Assembly (NCBI RefSeq): GCF_965222285.1 | Contig: NZ_OZ244942.1 | Coordinates: forward strand, 761,664 to 825,663 | Direction: 5' to 3' | From: Tepidicaulis sp. | Lineage (GTDB): Bacteria > Pseudomonadota > Alphaproteobacteria > Parvibaculales > Parvibaculaceae | Length of the DNA stretch: 64,000 nucleotides | Shown: piece after piece, positions 28,264-37,704 of the stretch | Position numbering within the stretch: position 1 is the stretch's first letter | How the letters are laid out: the number at the start of each line of letters is the position of its first letter | Position numbers and translations under genes: made by a program | Notes under the pieces: generated by a model | Database searches by the model: none | The model's input: only the letters and a program-made list of their open reading frames with translations | Told to the model about the DNA's origin: nothing

Positions 28264-29587
28264 CGGTCATTCCTTCGATGCGCAGGGTCGGCGCGTTCAT
28301 GCCGTAGCGGAAGGTGAGATCGCTGGCAGGGGTCAGGTTCGCGAACATCTCTTTCAGATTGCCGGCAACGGTGATCTCGCTCACCGGATAGGCAAGCTTG
28401 CCCTTCTCGATCCAGAAGCCCGATGCGCCGCGGCTATAATCGCCGGTGACGCCATTGACGCCCATGCCGATCATCTCGGTCACATAAAGCCCGCTTTCGA
28501 TATCGCCGATAAGCTCTTCGGGCGAAAGCGTGCCTGCTTCCATATAAAGATTGGTCGGGCCGGGCGAGGGCGGCGCGCCCGTGCCGCGGCTTGCATGGCC
28601 CGTGCTTTTCAGCCCGAGCTGCTTGGCGGTGGAAATGTCGAGGAGCCAGGTTTTCAAAACCCCGTCTTCGACGATGGCCTGCCGCGTGGTTTGAACGCCT
28701 TCCCCGTCGAAAGGCTTGGAGCGCAACCCGCGTTTTTTCAAAGGATCGTCGATAATGCGCACGCCCCCCGCGAAGACGGCTTCGCCCATTTTCTTCTGCA
28801 AAAAGCTCGTGCCCCGCGCAACGCTTGCCCCGGAAATCGCCCCGGCGAAATGGCCGAGCAGGCCGTTGCTGACACGCGGATCGTAGACGATGGGCACGGC
28901 CTGGGATTTGACCTTGCGCGCGCCGAGCCGGCGCACGGCTTTTTCGCCCGCGCGCTTGCCGATTTCTTCCGCCGCTTCCAGGTCTTCCAGAAACCGGGCA
29001 GAGGAAAAATCATAATCCCGTTCCATCGCCGTGCCTTCTCCGGCAAGAACGGAAGCGGAAAGCGAATGTGTGCTGCCCGTATAAGAGCCGGTAAAGCCTG
29101 CGCTTGTGGCAAGATAGACGGAGCCGCGCCCGAAGCTTGCCCCGGCGCCGCTCGAATTCGTCACGCCTTTCACGGCAAGCGCGGCCTCTTCCGCGCGCAG
29201 CGCCGTCTCCATCAAGGTTTCGGCGGGCACATCGCTCCCGTCGTCGAGCTCAAGATCGGGGAAGCTCGTGGCCAGAAGCTCCTTGCCTGCAAGTCCGCAA
29301 TAAGGATCGGGCGGGGCGACCTTGGCCATGGCGACGGCGCGCTCGGTCAGCGCGCTCAAGGTCTCGGGCAGAAAATCGGTGGACGAGACGACCGCCTGGC
29401 GCTCGCCCACGAAAACCCGCAGGCCGAGATCGCGCCCTTCCGAGCGTTCGATGTCTTCTGCCTTGCCAAGCCGGCAAGAGGCGGAAAGGGAGGTGCTTTC
29501 GAAGAGAACGGCCTCGGCGGCATCCGCGCCGGCTGCGCGGGCGGCTTTGACCAGATGGTGAACGATGTCGAGAGGCGGTGTGGACAT
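28250..29587 (-). CDS. pmbA: TldD/PmbA family metalloprotease, PmbA-type
   Basis: PmbA_TldD fold motifs and a C-terminal GDYSRGASGFWIEKGKLAYPV. Confidence 0.85.
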   Translation of the reverse strand: MSTPPLDIVHHLVKAARAAGADAAEAVLFESTSLSASCRLGKAEDIERSEGRDLGLRVFVGERQAVVSSTDFLPETLSALTERAVAMAKVAPPDPYCGLAGKELLATSFPDLELDDGSDVPAETLMETALRAEEAALAVKGVTNSSGAGASFGRGSVYLATSAGFTGSYTGSTHSLSASVLAGEGTAMERDYDFSSARFLEDLEAAEEIGKRAGEKAVRRLGARKVKSQAVPIVYDPRVSNGLLGHFAGAISGASVARGTSFLQKKMGEAVFAGGVRIIDDPLKKRGLRSKPFDGEGVQTTRQAIVEDGVLKTWLLDISTAKQLGLKSTGHASRGTGAPPSPGPTNLYMEAGTLSPEELIGDIESGLYVTEMIGMGVNGVTGDYSRGASGFWIEKGKLAYPVSEITVAGNLKEMFANLTPASDLTFRYGMNAPTLRIEGMTVAGN

Positions 29588-29704
29588 GAAAGCTCCTGAG
29601 AAGGGGGCCGGACGAAATGGCCCCCGTCCTTATATAGGGCGGGGGCCGGGTTTCAAAATCGGGCGCTTGAAACGCCGTTCTGGCGCGCCAGATAGGGCGG
29701 GCAC

Positions 29705-30103
29705 TCAGATAAAAGCGTAGTACAGGCAGGCAAGCCCGGCGACGAGCAGCGCCACCCAGGTCAAAAGCGTGCCGACAAGGCGCGGCGGTGAGCTTTCAGA
29801 GGTGCGCGAGACGCCGATCGCATGCAGAAGGCGGCCGAGCGTCAACAACACGCCGATCCCGTGAATGACCCAGATCGAGGCGCCGAGCGAGGCGACGACG
29901 AGCAGGCCGATCAGGCCGATGGGCGTATATTCCACATTGGTGATATGGGCGCGGCTCGCATTATAAAGCGCGCTGTCTTCGCCCGTACCGGTCGCGATTT
30001 TGGACCGCACCCGGTTCGATGAAACGCGGTAGGCCAGAATGAGATTGAGAAGAATGTTGAGCCCAGCATAAAGGCCGAGCATCTGCAATGCATAAGCTGT
30101 CAT
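29705..30103 (-). CDS. MAPEG family membrane protein
   Basis: 132 aa with four predicted TM helices, and RAHITNVEYTPIGL (MAPEG-like R..H.N..E). Confidence 0.6.
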   Translation of the reverse strand: MTAYALQMLGLYAGLNILLNLILAYRVSSNRVRSKIATGTGEDSALYNASRAHITNVEYTPIGLIGLLVVASLGASIWVIHGIGVLLTLGRLLHAIGVSRTSESSPPRLVGTLLTWVALLVAGLACLYYAFI

Positions 30104-30225
30104 GATGTCCCTCCCGGAGAAATCTCCGTCCCCTTGCGCCCGGCGCTGTCACCGGGCTGATTCGTTTGTGCCACGATAAAGTTTATCATGGCGGGGCTTG
30201 GGGCGGAGGGGGCCAAGGAGGGAGT

Positions 30226-30735
30226 ATGAAACGGATCGCGGTGCATGTGGGCGATATTACCCGCCTCGACGTCACGGCCATTGCCAATGCGGCCAACCGC
30301 TCGCTTCTGGGCGGCGGCGGGGTGGATGGGGCCATTCACCGGGCCGCGGGGCCAAAGCTTCTGGAAGAATGCCGCGGCCTTGGCGGCTGTGAGACGGGCG
30401 GCTGCAAGCTGACGGCGGGCTATGGGCTGCCCGCTTCTTATATTCTTCACTGCGTTGGGCCCGTCTGGCAGGGCGGGGACGCAGGGGAAGCGGCGCTTCT
30501 TACAAGCTGTTATGAAAAGGCGCTGGCGATTGCCGATGAGCGGCGCTTCGCTTCGCTCGCCTTTCCCGCCATCTCCACGGGAGTTTACGGCTTTCCAGTG
30601 GAAAAAGCCGCGCTCATCGCCGCCCACGCCGTCGCCGGGCATTTGGAGCGGTCGGACTTTCCGGAAAAGGTGCTGCTCGTCTGTTTCGATGAGGCATCGG
30701 CCAAGGTTTACCGCGAGGCGGTGGCCGGCCTCTAA
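30226..30735 (+). CDS. Macro domain protein (O-acetyl-ADP-ribose deacetylase, YmdB-like)
   Basis: GDITRLDVTAIANAANRSLLGGGGVDGAIHRAAG and AFPAISTGVYGFP. Confidence 0.85.
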   Translation: MKRIAVHVGDITRLDVTAIANAANRSLLGGGGVDGAIHRAAGPKLLEECRGLGGCETGGCKLTAGYGLPASYILHCVGPVWQGGDAGEAALLTSCYEKALAIADERRFASLAFPAISTGVYGFPVEKAALIAAHAVAGHLERSDFPEKVLLVCFDEASAKVYREAVAGL

Positions 30736-30815
30736 GCCCCCGGAAAATCGGGAAAAATTTGCAAATCGGCGAAAAAGTTAACTCCTCGCAAACCTTGCCT
30801 GCCTAGGCTGGAGGC

Positions 30816-31421
30816 ATGAGCGATTGGTGGACGAAAAACATGACACGGGCCGGGGCCCGCCGGAATTGGCGCGATGGTGAAATCGACGCCGATCCCTACC
30901 TCATGCCCGCTTACACGGCAGGGCCCGCGCAGGATCTGCCGCGCCGCGCCGCCGGCTTCATCCGCTATGCGGCGATCTACCGGGACATGGTGACGGTGAA
31001 CGATTCATCGCCGCTTTTTGGTGTCTGGACCTGGCGGGAAAGCATCCGCGCCTATAAGGGTGTGTCGATCCGCGTGGCTTACCGGCGCGGGGACACGAAA
31101 GAGCCCGTCATCATCGTCGAGCTCATTCATCCAGATGCAGCCAAAAACGTGCTGCTTCATGTGTCTTTCGACGGGGCCGACGCTTCGGCGCGCTGGCGCT
31201 CCTGGTCGAAGGAGCTCGGTCTTCCCGCGCTCGTGGAAGACAGAAGCGGGGAAACCCGCCTTGCCGATCCCAAACTTGGCGGCGTCTTTCTCGGCGAACC
31301 GCAGCCGCATAAAGGGGCAAGCGCGCTTTCCGCCCGCCGCCCCCTTTCCTTCGGCTATACCGGCCGCGGGCGCTATTGGCCCGACCGTCTGGTGACCGGC
31401 GCCCGCCCGCACGCTTACTAA
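30816..31421 (+). CDS. Conserved hypothetical protein
   Basis: A 201-aa ORF with coding-like composition. I recognise no motif. Confidence 0.5.
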   Translation: MSDWWTKNMTRAGARRNWRDGEIDADPYLMPAYTAGPAQDLPRRAAGFIRYAAIYRDMVTVNDSSPLFGVWTWRESIRAYKGVSIRVAYRRGDTKEPVIIVELIHPDAAKNVLLHVSFDGADASARWRSWSKELGLPALVEDRSGETRLADPKLGGVFLGEPQPHKGASALSARRPLSFGYTGRGRYWPDRLVTGARPHAY

Positions 31422-31434
31422 GCCGATTTACTCC

Positions 31435-32217
31435 TTACGCGACTTTCGTGAAATCCGGCGCGCGTTTTTCGGCGAAGGCGGAGGCCGCTTCGGCGAATTC
31501 GGCCGTTTGCAGCTGCGCGCCGAAGATCTTGCTTTCCGCATCCATGCGTGTGGCGATCTCGGCAAGTTCGCCCCGGGCAAGTTTCTTCGTGGCTTTGACC
31601 GCGCCCGGCGCTTTGGCGGCAAGGGCGCTGGCGGCGGCGCGGGCGGTTTTCATCAGCTCCGCGTCCGGCACCGTGGCCGCGACGAGGCCGATGCGTTCGG
31701 CTTCTGCCGCCCCGACTTTGCGCCCGAGAAGGAACATCTCATTTGCCTTTTGCGTGCCGATGGCGCGCGGCAAGAGGAGGCTGGAGGCGGCTTCCGGCAC
31801 AAGGCCGAGATTGACGAAAGGCGTCTGGAATGTTGCGGCCTCACCTGCATAAACAAGATCGCAGTGCAAAAGCATGGTCACGCCGACACCGATGGCAAGC
31901 CCGTTCACCGCGGCGATGAGCGGTTTTTCACAATAAAGAATGGCTTTGAGATACCGCGCGACAGGCGGCTCGCCCTCGCGCGGCGCGCTGCCCGCGCCGG
32001 CAAAATCGGCAATGTCGTTGCCTGCGGTAAAAGCATCGCCCGCGCCGGTCAGCAGAATGACGCGCACATTCTTGTCGTCCTGCGCGGCGTTGATGGCATC
32101 GGCGGCTGCGCCATACATCGCCTGCGTCAGCGCGTTTTTCTTTTCCGGCCGGTTGAAGGTCAGGGTCAAAATGCCGTCGCTGAGCTCCTGGCTCAAATGC
32201 TCACAGACCTGCGTCAT
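31435..32217 (-). CDS. Enoyl-CoA hydratase/isomerase (crotonase) family protein
   Basis: LTFNRPEKKNALT, ILLTGAGDAFTAGNDI, and PLIAAVNGLAIGVGVTMLLHCDLVYA. Confidence 0.85.
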   Translation of the reverse strand: MTQVCEHLSQELSDGILTLTFNRPEKKNALTQAMYGAAADAINAAQDDKNVRVILLTGAGDAFTAGNDIADFAGAGSAPREGEPPVARYLKAILYCEKPLIAAVNGLAIGVGVTMLLHCDLVYAGEAATFQTPFVNLGLVPEAASSLLLPRAIGTQKANEMFLLGRKVGAAEAERIGLVAATVPDAELMKTARAAASALAAKAPGAVKATKKLARGELAEIATRMDAESKIFGAQLQTAEFAEAASAFAEKRAPDFTKVA

Positions 32218-32228
32218 GGGCGTACTCC

Positions 32229-32708
32229 TTAAGCTGAGGGGGAAGAAAGAGCGGCGGGCAGCGGCGCGCTTTTGCCGCCGCTCCCGCGTTCGATAATGGA
32301 AAGAAGAAAGGTTTCGATGAGCCGGGCTTCCTCATCGCTGAGCCCTGCCAGAAGCTCGGCATTGGCTTTTTGAACTTCCGGCCCGCCTTTTTTGACGAGG
32401 CGTTTGCCTTCGCCGGTGATGAAAAGCCGCGTAGCGCGCCCGTCTTCGGCATCCGCCATACGCCGCACGAGGCCTGCTTTTTCCAGCCGCTGCGCCAGCG
32501 TCGTCACCGCCGAGCGGTTCATGCGCATGGCACCCGCCAGATAACTCATCAGACAGCCGTCGTTTGCCTTGATGATGAAAAGCGCGCTCATCTGCACCGA
32601 GCTGATGCCGAGCTTTTCCATCAGCTTGCGGTCCGCTTCCTTGAAAAGCGTGTGATGCGCCAGATGCATCAGATGAAAAAGGCGGGGCGGGCTCAAGCGG
32701 CGCTCCAT
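32229..32708 (-). CDS. MarR family transcriptional regulator
   Basis: Winged HTH: ISSVQMSALFIIKANDGCLMSYLAGAMRMNRSAVTTLAQRLEKAGLVRR. Confidence 0.85.
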   Translation of the reverse strand: MERRLSPPRLFHLMHLAHHTLFKEADRKLMEKLGISSVQMSALFIIKANDGCLMSYLAGAMRMNRSAVTTLAQRLEKAGLVRRMADAEDGRATRLFITGEGKRLVKKGGPEVQKANAELLAGLSDEEARLIETFLLSIIERGSGGKSAPLPAALSSPSA

Positions 32709-32777
32709 TTAATTCACGTATGAAGTAAATGGTACATAGGTGAATTAAATGGAGGAGTCAATAGAGAGGGGAGCGCC

Positions 32778-33371
32778 TCATTTGTAAGTGCGGCCTGTCT
32801 CCGCGTTCAAATAGATGCGGTCGCGCCCGTCTCGGCAGTAGGTGAAGTAAGTCGGTGGGCTGGTTTTCTTGGTGGATTTAACCCACCCGCCCATATCCAA
32901 GAAGTCCTTTTCTGTGCAGGTGCCAGCGCTAATCAGTTTCAGAGCGGCGCCAGCGAAGATCTTTCTATGCGCTTGGAAGTCATCTGATTTGGCGACCAAT
33001 TTTTCCGCACCCGAGGCCCCGAGCCCTGGATCACTGGGGCGAGTCGACGAAAGGTGCTCTTTAGCCACCCATTCAGCCAGCTTTCCTTCTGTAATGCCGT
33101 TGTCTGGCGAACACGTGTCATTTCCCTCTTCGACGAATGAGCTGCGCCCATTGTTGCATGCGCCATCGTAGAATTTTGAAATGCGAACCCATCCATCTTT
33201 TTCTTCGTGTACTTGGACTTTTTCGCGAAAAAGAAGTTTGCCCACAATGCCGCATTCTTCAGAAGGGCAGGTTCGGCGGTTCAGTTCGTTCGCGGTCACC
33301 CAAAAATCGTCTCCAGCGAACGCTGGTTTGATAGCAGCGGCCATGAGCAAAGCTAAGATCGATATTCTCAT
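32778..33371 (-). CDS. Secreted cysteine-containing protein with an SH3b-like N-terminal region
   Basis: Signal peptide MRISILALLMAAAIKPAFAG, then LNRRTCPSEECGIVGKLLFREKVQVHEEKDGWVRI (bacterial SH3-like). It has six Cys and noticeably more A/T-rich codons than its neighbours. Confidence 0.6.
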   Translation of the reverse strand: MRISILALLMAAAIKPAFAGDDFWVTANELNRRTCPSEECGIVGKLLFREKVQVHEEKDGWVRISKFYDGACNNGRSSFVEEGNDTCSPDNGITEGKLAEWVAKEHLSSTRPSDPGLGASGAEKLVAKSDDFQAHRKIFAGAALKLISAGTCTEKDFLDMGGWVKSTKKTSPPTYFTYCRDGRDRIYLNAETGRTYK

Positions 33372-33432
33372 CCAATGAAGCCGCTTATGAGGTGTGCTAA
33401 CAGTGATTGTGGTTCAAATAGTAGACGGGTTA

Positions 33433-34536
33433 CTAATCGTCGAACAAGTGCCACCGCGCCCAGCGCCCGTGGAAATCGGCGCGGCCGATTTCGGTGTCGA
33501 TACCCTGCGGCCAGAGGCGGAGGCGAAGGGCGGCGGAGCTTGTGTCTTTCGCATCGGCTTCCATGGAAAACCAGGCAAGAGGCGCATCATTACTCGCCTG
33601 CTTCGCTACGCCTTCCATAATCTTTTCGATCTCAGCTTTCGTTTTCTGCGGCAGGTATTGCCAGACGATAGTGTGGAAGAGAAGCCGCACGCGGCCGCTC
33701 TTACCGGGCGTTGAAAAATGCTCTGCGATCCATGCCGCCGCATCCGCTCTTTCCGCCTCAAGGCCCGCTTCAGCGGTCGCTTGCAACGCGGCTTCTATCC
33801 GCGCAAGGCGTGCCGTCTGATCCGGCCAAATGTAGGAGAGCAGGCGTTCGCGCGCCTTAACATCCGAGGCGGGCAGGGGATTGAGATCGCAGCCCCGGCG
33901 CGCGCCGATTTTAAGCGGGGCGCCGAGCGGCGGCAGCGGCCCTTCCCAGCGCGAGGTGACGGTGACGGGCAAGGCGCCGTCCCGACGGCGCATGCCTTCC
34001 GGCGTTTCAAGCTCGTAAGCATAGCGGTCGAAGGAAAGATTGAGCGCCGCGCTGGCACCGATCTCGTAAATGTCGAGGGGCAGGCGGGTTTTCTCGGCGA
34101 TATGAAGCGCCCCGCCGAGCAGTGCGCTTGAGCGGGAGACTTCATTCGTCTGCGGCGCGCTTTCAAGCCAGGCCGTGAGGAAAGCGTCTTCCGCTTCTAT
34201 CGCCGCCTCAAGCGCGGACTTGAGCGCAGCATCGTCTACGCTCATTGGCGGATAGACCTTTTGCAGCACAGCGCTGCCCGCACGCAGCAAGGCATGGAAA
34301 GCCCCTGCCGTACGCAGCGCCAGGGCATCGGCGGCAGGATCGCGTCCTTCTTCCGTGCTCCAGCCCAACACCTTCGCGCCAAAGGCGCTCTTGCGGCTCA
34401 AAAGCGAAGGAAGCAGGCGGCAGACCCGCCCGGTGAAGGGCGAGCCGAGCGCCTCGCAAGCCGCAGCCTGCTTGGCGAAATGCTCCGGCACGGAAAGGTG
34501 CTCTTTGTTTTTGTTGCTATCCAAAGCCGTACTCAT
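33433..34536 (-). CDS. DUF2332-like protein
   Basis: A 367-aa ORF whose start overlaps the upstream citrate synthase-like stop by 4 bp. Its N-terminus reads FAKQAAACEALGSPFTGRVCRLL. The family assignment is from memory. Confidence 0.6.
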   Translation of the reverse strand: MSTALDSNKNKEHLSVPEHFAKQAAACEALGSPFTGRVCRLLPSLLSRKSAFGAKVLGWSTEEGRDPAADALALRTAGAFHALLRAGSAVLQKVYPPMSVDDAALKSALEAAIEAEDAFLTAWLESAPQTNEVSRSSALLGGALHIAEKTRLPLDIYEIGASAALNLSFDRYAYELETPEGMRRRDGALPVTVTSRWEGPLPPLGAPLKIGARRGCDLNPLPASDVKARERLLSYIWPDQTARLARIEAALQATAEAGLEAERADAAAWIAEHFSTPGKSGRVRLLFHTIVWQYLPQKTKAEIEKIMEGVAKQASNDAPLAWFSMEADAKDTSSAALRLRLWPQGIDTEIGRADFHGRWARWHLFDD

Positions 34537-35654
34537 GCGGCCTCCCCCGGTTCCCGGCCGATGTAAAGCGAGGCGGGGCGGATGAGACGGCCGATGCGCT
34601 GCTGTTCCAGTGCATGGGCCGTCCAGCCGACGATCCGGCCCATGGCAAAAAGAGGCGTGAAAGCGCTGCGCGGCATGGCAAGCCCGTCGAGCAGCATGGC
34701 CGTGTAGAATTCCACATTCGTTTCAAGCGGCCTGTCGGGTTTGCGCGCTTTGAGGGCGGCAAGGGCGGCTTTTTCGACGGCCCGGGCAAGCGCCAATTTC
34801 TCGCCCAAAGGCTTCAGCTTTTCGAGCGCGGCTTTGAGCACATCGGCGCGCGGGTCGCGCACTTTATAAATGCGGTGGCCGAAGCCCATCAGCCGTTCGC
34901 CTTTGCCAAGGGCATCCGCGATCCAGCTTTCCGCCCGCTTCGGCGTGCCGATCGCATCGAGCATATTGAGAACGGGTTCGGGCGCGCCGCCGTGAAGCGG
35001 CCCGGTGAGCGCGGCATAAGCGCCGAGCGCGGCCCAGTCGATGCCGGCCTGTGTGGAGGCGATGACGCGGGCAGTGAAGGTCGAGGCATTCATGCCGTGA
35101 TCCATCACCGTGACAAGATAGGTGGTGAGCGCTTCTTCTCTCGCAGGCGCGGGTGTTTCCCCTGTCAGTATGCGGAGGAAGTCGGCGACATGGCAGGCGC
35201 TTGCATCGGGCGCAAGCGGGGCTTTGCCTTCCTGCACGCGCAGAGCGGCGGCAAGAATGACGGGCACCGCGCCGGTGACGGCAAGATGCGGCGCGCTCTT
35301 GCCGCTGCCTTTCATCGCGGCAAGGCCGAGGCGCAGCGCTTCAGAGGTGCTTAAGCCTTCAAAGGCGGGAAGGAGCGGGGTCAGGCGCGCGAAAGCCTCC
35401 TCCCGCGCGTTACCCAGTGCGGCGCGGACCGCTTCGGCGCTTTCCGCCGGGCGGGCCTGAGCCTCGCCCCAGAAAGTTGCTGCCGCGCTTTCGAATGTGT
35501 GGGCGGCGGCGAAATCCTTCAGATGCGCGCCGCAGAGAATGAGCTGGCCCGCCTGGCCGTCGACTCGGCTCAGCGCCGTTTCGGCGGCGGGAATGCCTTC
35601 AAGCCCGGTAAGCGGGGAGGCGGATGAGAGGTGCGTGTTCATGAAACCCTCCAT
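34533..35654 (-). CDS. Citrate synthase family protein (paralog 1, stand-alone)
   Basis: LHGGAPE, MGFGHRIYKVRDPRA, PLETNVEFY, and GRIVGWTAHALEQ. The canonical NVDFY Asp is replaced by Glu. Confidence 0.8.
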   Translation of the reverse strand: MEGFMNTHLSSASPLTGLEGIPAAETALSRVDGQAGQLILCGAHLKDFAAAHTFESAAATFWGEAQARPAESAEAVRAALGNAREEAFARLTPLLPAFEGLSTSEALRLGLAAMKGSGKSAPHLAVTGAVPVILAAALRVQEGKAPLAPDASACHVADFLRILTGETPAPAREEALTTYLVTVMDHGMNASTFTARVIASTQAGIDWAALGAYAALTGPLHGGAPEPVLNMLDAIGTPKRAESWIADALGKGERLMGFGHRIYKVRDPRADVLKAALEKLKPLGEKLALARAVEKAALAALKARKPDRPLETNVEFYTAMLLDGLAMPRSAFTPLFAMGRIVGWTAHALEQQRIGRLIRPASLYIGREPGEAA

Positions 35655-35708
35655 GAGTGGCAGTGCGCCGGAACGACCGGCTGCTTGCCATCAAATCTGG
35701 GAGGGTTT

Positions 35709-35741
35709 ATTGATATGATCAATCTTGATTAAGCTAATCAA
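35709..35741. promoter_or_regulatory. Two adjacent perfect palindromes sharing TTGAT/ATCAA half-sites in the divergent promoter region
   Basis: ATTGAT-ATG-ATCAAT (35709-35723) and TTGATTA-AGC-TAATCAA (35725-35741), both verified by reverse-complementing. They form an AT-rich island in GC-rich DNA. Confidence 0.45.
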
Positions 35742-35757
35742 TATAAAGATTTCTACG

Positions 35758-36984
35758 ATGAGCGCTGACAGCCCGGAAGACTCGGTCCTTTATCTCTCTG
35801 CCCGCGAGGCGGCGGCGGAGCTCGGCGTCTCGCCCGCCACGCTTTATGCCTATGTCAGTCGGGGGATGATCCGCTCCGAGCCTGTGCCCGGCGCGCGGGC
35901 GAAGCGCTACCGGGCCGAGGATGTGCGCGCCCTAGCCGAGCGGCGCGCCCCGCCTGGCAAGGCGGAAAAGCGCCCGCGCCATGTCGCCCCTTTCTCCGCC
36001 GCCCAGCCCGTGCTCGCCTCCGAAATCTCGCTCATCGCCGAAGGCGGGCTTTATTACCGGGGCGTCGATGCGGGCGAGCTTGCCCGTCATGCGAGCCTTG
36101 AAAGCGCAGCGGGTCTGCTCTGGCAGACGGCCGATTACGATGCTTTCGCCAAGGACAACCTGCCGCCGGATGTGCCGGTGCTGAAGCTGCTGGCCGATGA
36201 GGCAAAAGACGCCCATCCCATCGACCGCTCGATGGCGGTGCTGGCGCTGGCGGGCGCGGCAGATGAAGGGGCCTATAACCGCACCGACCAGGGCCTTGCC
36301 CTTGCCGCCGCCCGCATCACGCGGCTTATGGCGGCGCTCGTCTCCGGCGGGCCGCTTTCATCGCGCCCCATTCACGATCAGTTCGGCGATGCCTGGGGGC
36401 TCGATGAAAAAGGCCGCGCGCTCGTGCGCATGGCGCTGGTGCTGCTCGCCGATCATGAGCTCAATGCTTCCACCTTCACGCTGCGCTGCGCGGTTTCCAC
36501 AGGCGCGAGCCTTTATGACGGCACCATTGCCGCGCTCGCCGCGCTCAAAGGCCCGCTGCATGGCGGGGCTTCGGCGCGCGCCGCGCTGCAATTGCAAAAG
36601 CTGATGAAAAGCGGCGAGGTCTTGAGCGAAATCCGCGAGCAGGCGGCGGCGGGCGAGCGCTTTGCCGGTTTCGGCCACACCATCTACCGGGGCTGGGACC
36701 CGCGCGCCAAAGTGCTGCTCGAGGCGGTAGAAGAAAAACTCGGCGAAACCTTCTTCACCCGCGAAGTGCCCGCCTATGTGCAAAAGGCCGTGGGCGTTGC
36801 GCCCAATATCGATTACGGCCTTGCCATCCTTACCCATCTTTTGAAGCTGCCCGCCCTTGCCGGCATTGGCCTTTTCGCGGTGGGCCGCTCCATCGGCTGG
36901 GCCGCCCATGCGCGCGAGCAAATGCGTGAGCGCACCCTCATCCGCCCCCGCGCCCTTTACACCGGCCCTGCGCCGAAAGGGTGA
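35758..36984 (+). CDS. HTH (MerR/excisionase-type) DNA-binding domain fused to a citrate synthase family domain (paralog 2)
   Basis: The N-terminus LSAREAAAELGVSPATLYAYVSRGMIRSE...RYRAEDV is HTH-like. It is followed by LHGGAS, FAGFGHTIYRGWDPRA, APNIDYG and GRSIGWAAHAREQ. Confidence 0.8.
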   Translation: MSADSPEDSVLYLSAREAAAELGVSPATLYAYVSRGMIRSEPVPGARAKRYRAEDVRALAERRAPPGKAEKRPRHVAPFSAAQPVLASEISLIAEGGLYYRGVDAGELARHASLESAAGLLWQTADYDAFAKDNLPPDVPVLKLLADEAKDAHPIDRSMAVLALAGAADEGAYNRTDQGLALAAARITRLMAALVSGGPLSSRPIHDQFGDAWGLDEKGRALVRMALVLLADHELNASTFTLRCAVSTGASLYDGTIAALAALKGPLHGGASARAALQLQKLMKSGEVLSEIREQAAAGERFAGFGHTIYRGWDPRAKVLLEAVEEKLGETFFTREVPAYVQKAVGVAPNIDYGLAILTHLLKLPALAGIGLFAVGRSIGWAAHAREQMRERTLIRPRALYTGPAPKG

Positions 36985-36987
36985 GAA

Positions 36988-37704
36988 TTACGAAGGGCGC
37001 GCCACGAGCTGCCAGACAGCGGTGTTTTTCACATCGAGGTCTTCTAGGCGCCGGTCGGTTTTGACTGCATAGGCGATGAGCTTGTCGATGTTTTCTTTGG
37101 GAAGGTACGTGCGGCCCGGATCACCGATCAGGACCTGCTTGCCTTCGCGCATCAGCCCGCGCAGCCAGGCCTCGATGCGGCCCGCAAGCGGCTGCTCGTA
37201 GCACATGTCGCCGACCAGCACGGTGTCCCAGTCCGCGCAAGGCGTGCCGACGAGATCTGCGCGGGTGGCGGTGAGCGTAACGCCGTTCGCTTTTGCATTG
37301 AGCCGGATCGCTTCATAGGCAAAGACGTCGATATCGGCGGCGAGCACTTCCGCCGCGCCCGCCTTCAGCGCGGCGATGGCGCACAGGCCGGAGCCCGAGC
37401 CGAAATCGAGCACGCGTTTGCCGCGCACGGTTTCCGGATGATCAAGAATATAGCGCGAGACCGCTTGCCCGCCTGCCCAGGCGAAAGCCCAGAAGGGCGG
37501 CGGCAGCCCGCGCTCGGCCAGCTCTTCTTCCGTCAACTCCCACAGCGGCAGGCAGTCGCTTGCCAGATGCAGCGTGACTTCCGGGATCAGCGGCGGGGTG
37601 AGCAGTTCCGTCTCGCGCAAAATAAAAGCGGCGGGATCGCCAATCCGTCCCGCCGCTGGTTCTGTGTCTTGTTCGGCCTCAATTGGCACTTGAAAATCCT
37701 TCAT
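36988..37704 (-). CDS. Class I SAM-dependent methyltransferase, METTL20/ETF-beta lysine methyltransferase-like
   Basis: [59 protein letters not shown]. The start at 37704 (MKDFQ) overlaps the desaturase stop. Confidence 0.7.
   Translation of the reverse strand: MKDFQVPIEAEQDTEPAAGRIGDPAAFILRETELLTPPLIPEVTLHLASDCLPLWELTEEELAERGLPPPFWAFAWAGGQAVSRYILDHPETVRGKRVLDFGSGSGLCAIAALKAGAAEVLAADIDVFAYEAIRLNAKANGVTLTATRADLVGTPCADWDTVLVGDMCYEQPLAGRIEAWLRGLMREGKQVLIGDPGRTYLPKENIDKLIAYAVKTDRRLEDLDVKNTAVWQLVARPS

Noticed and set aside
33395-33430. A GGTTCAAAT string resembling a tRNA T-loop.
   Set aside because: The surrounding sequence cannot form acceptor, D or anticodon stems. It lies in the short spacer between two protein genes.
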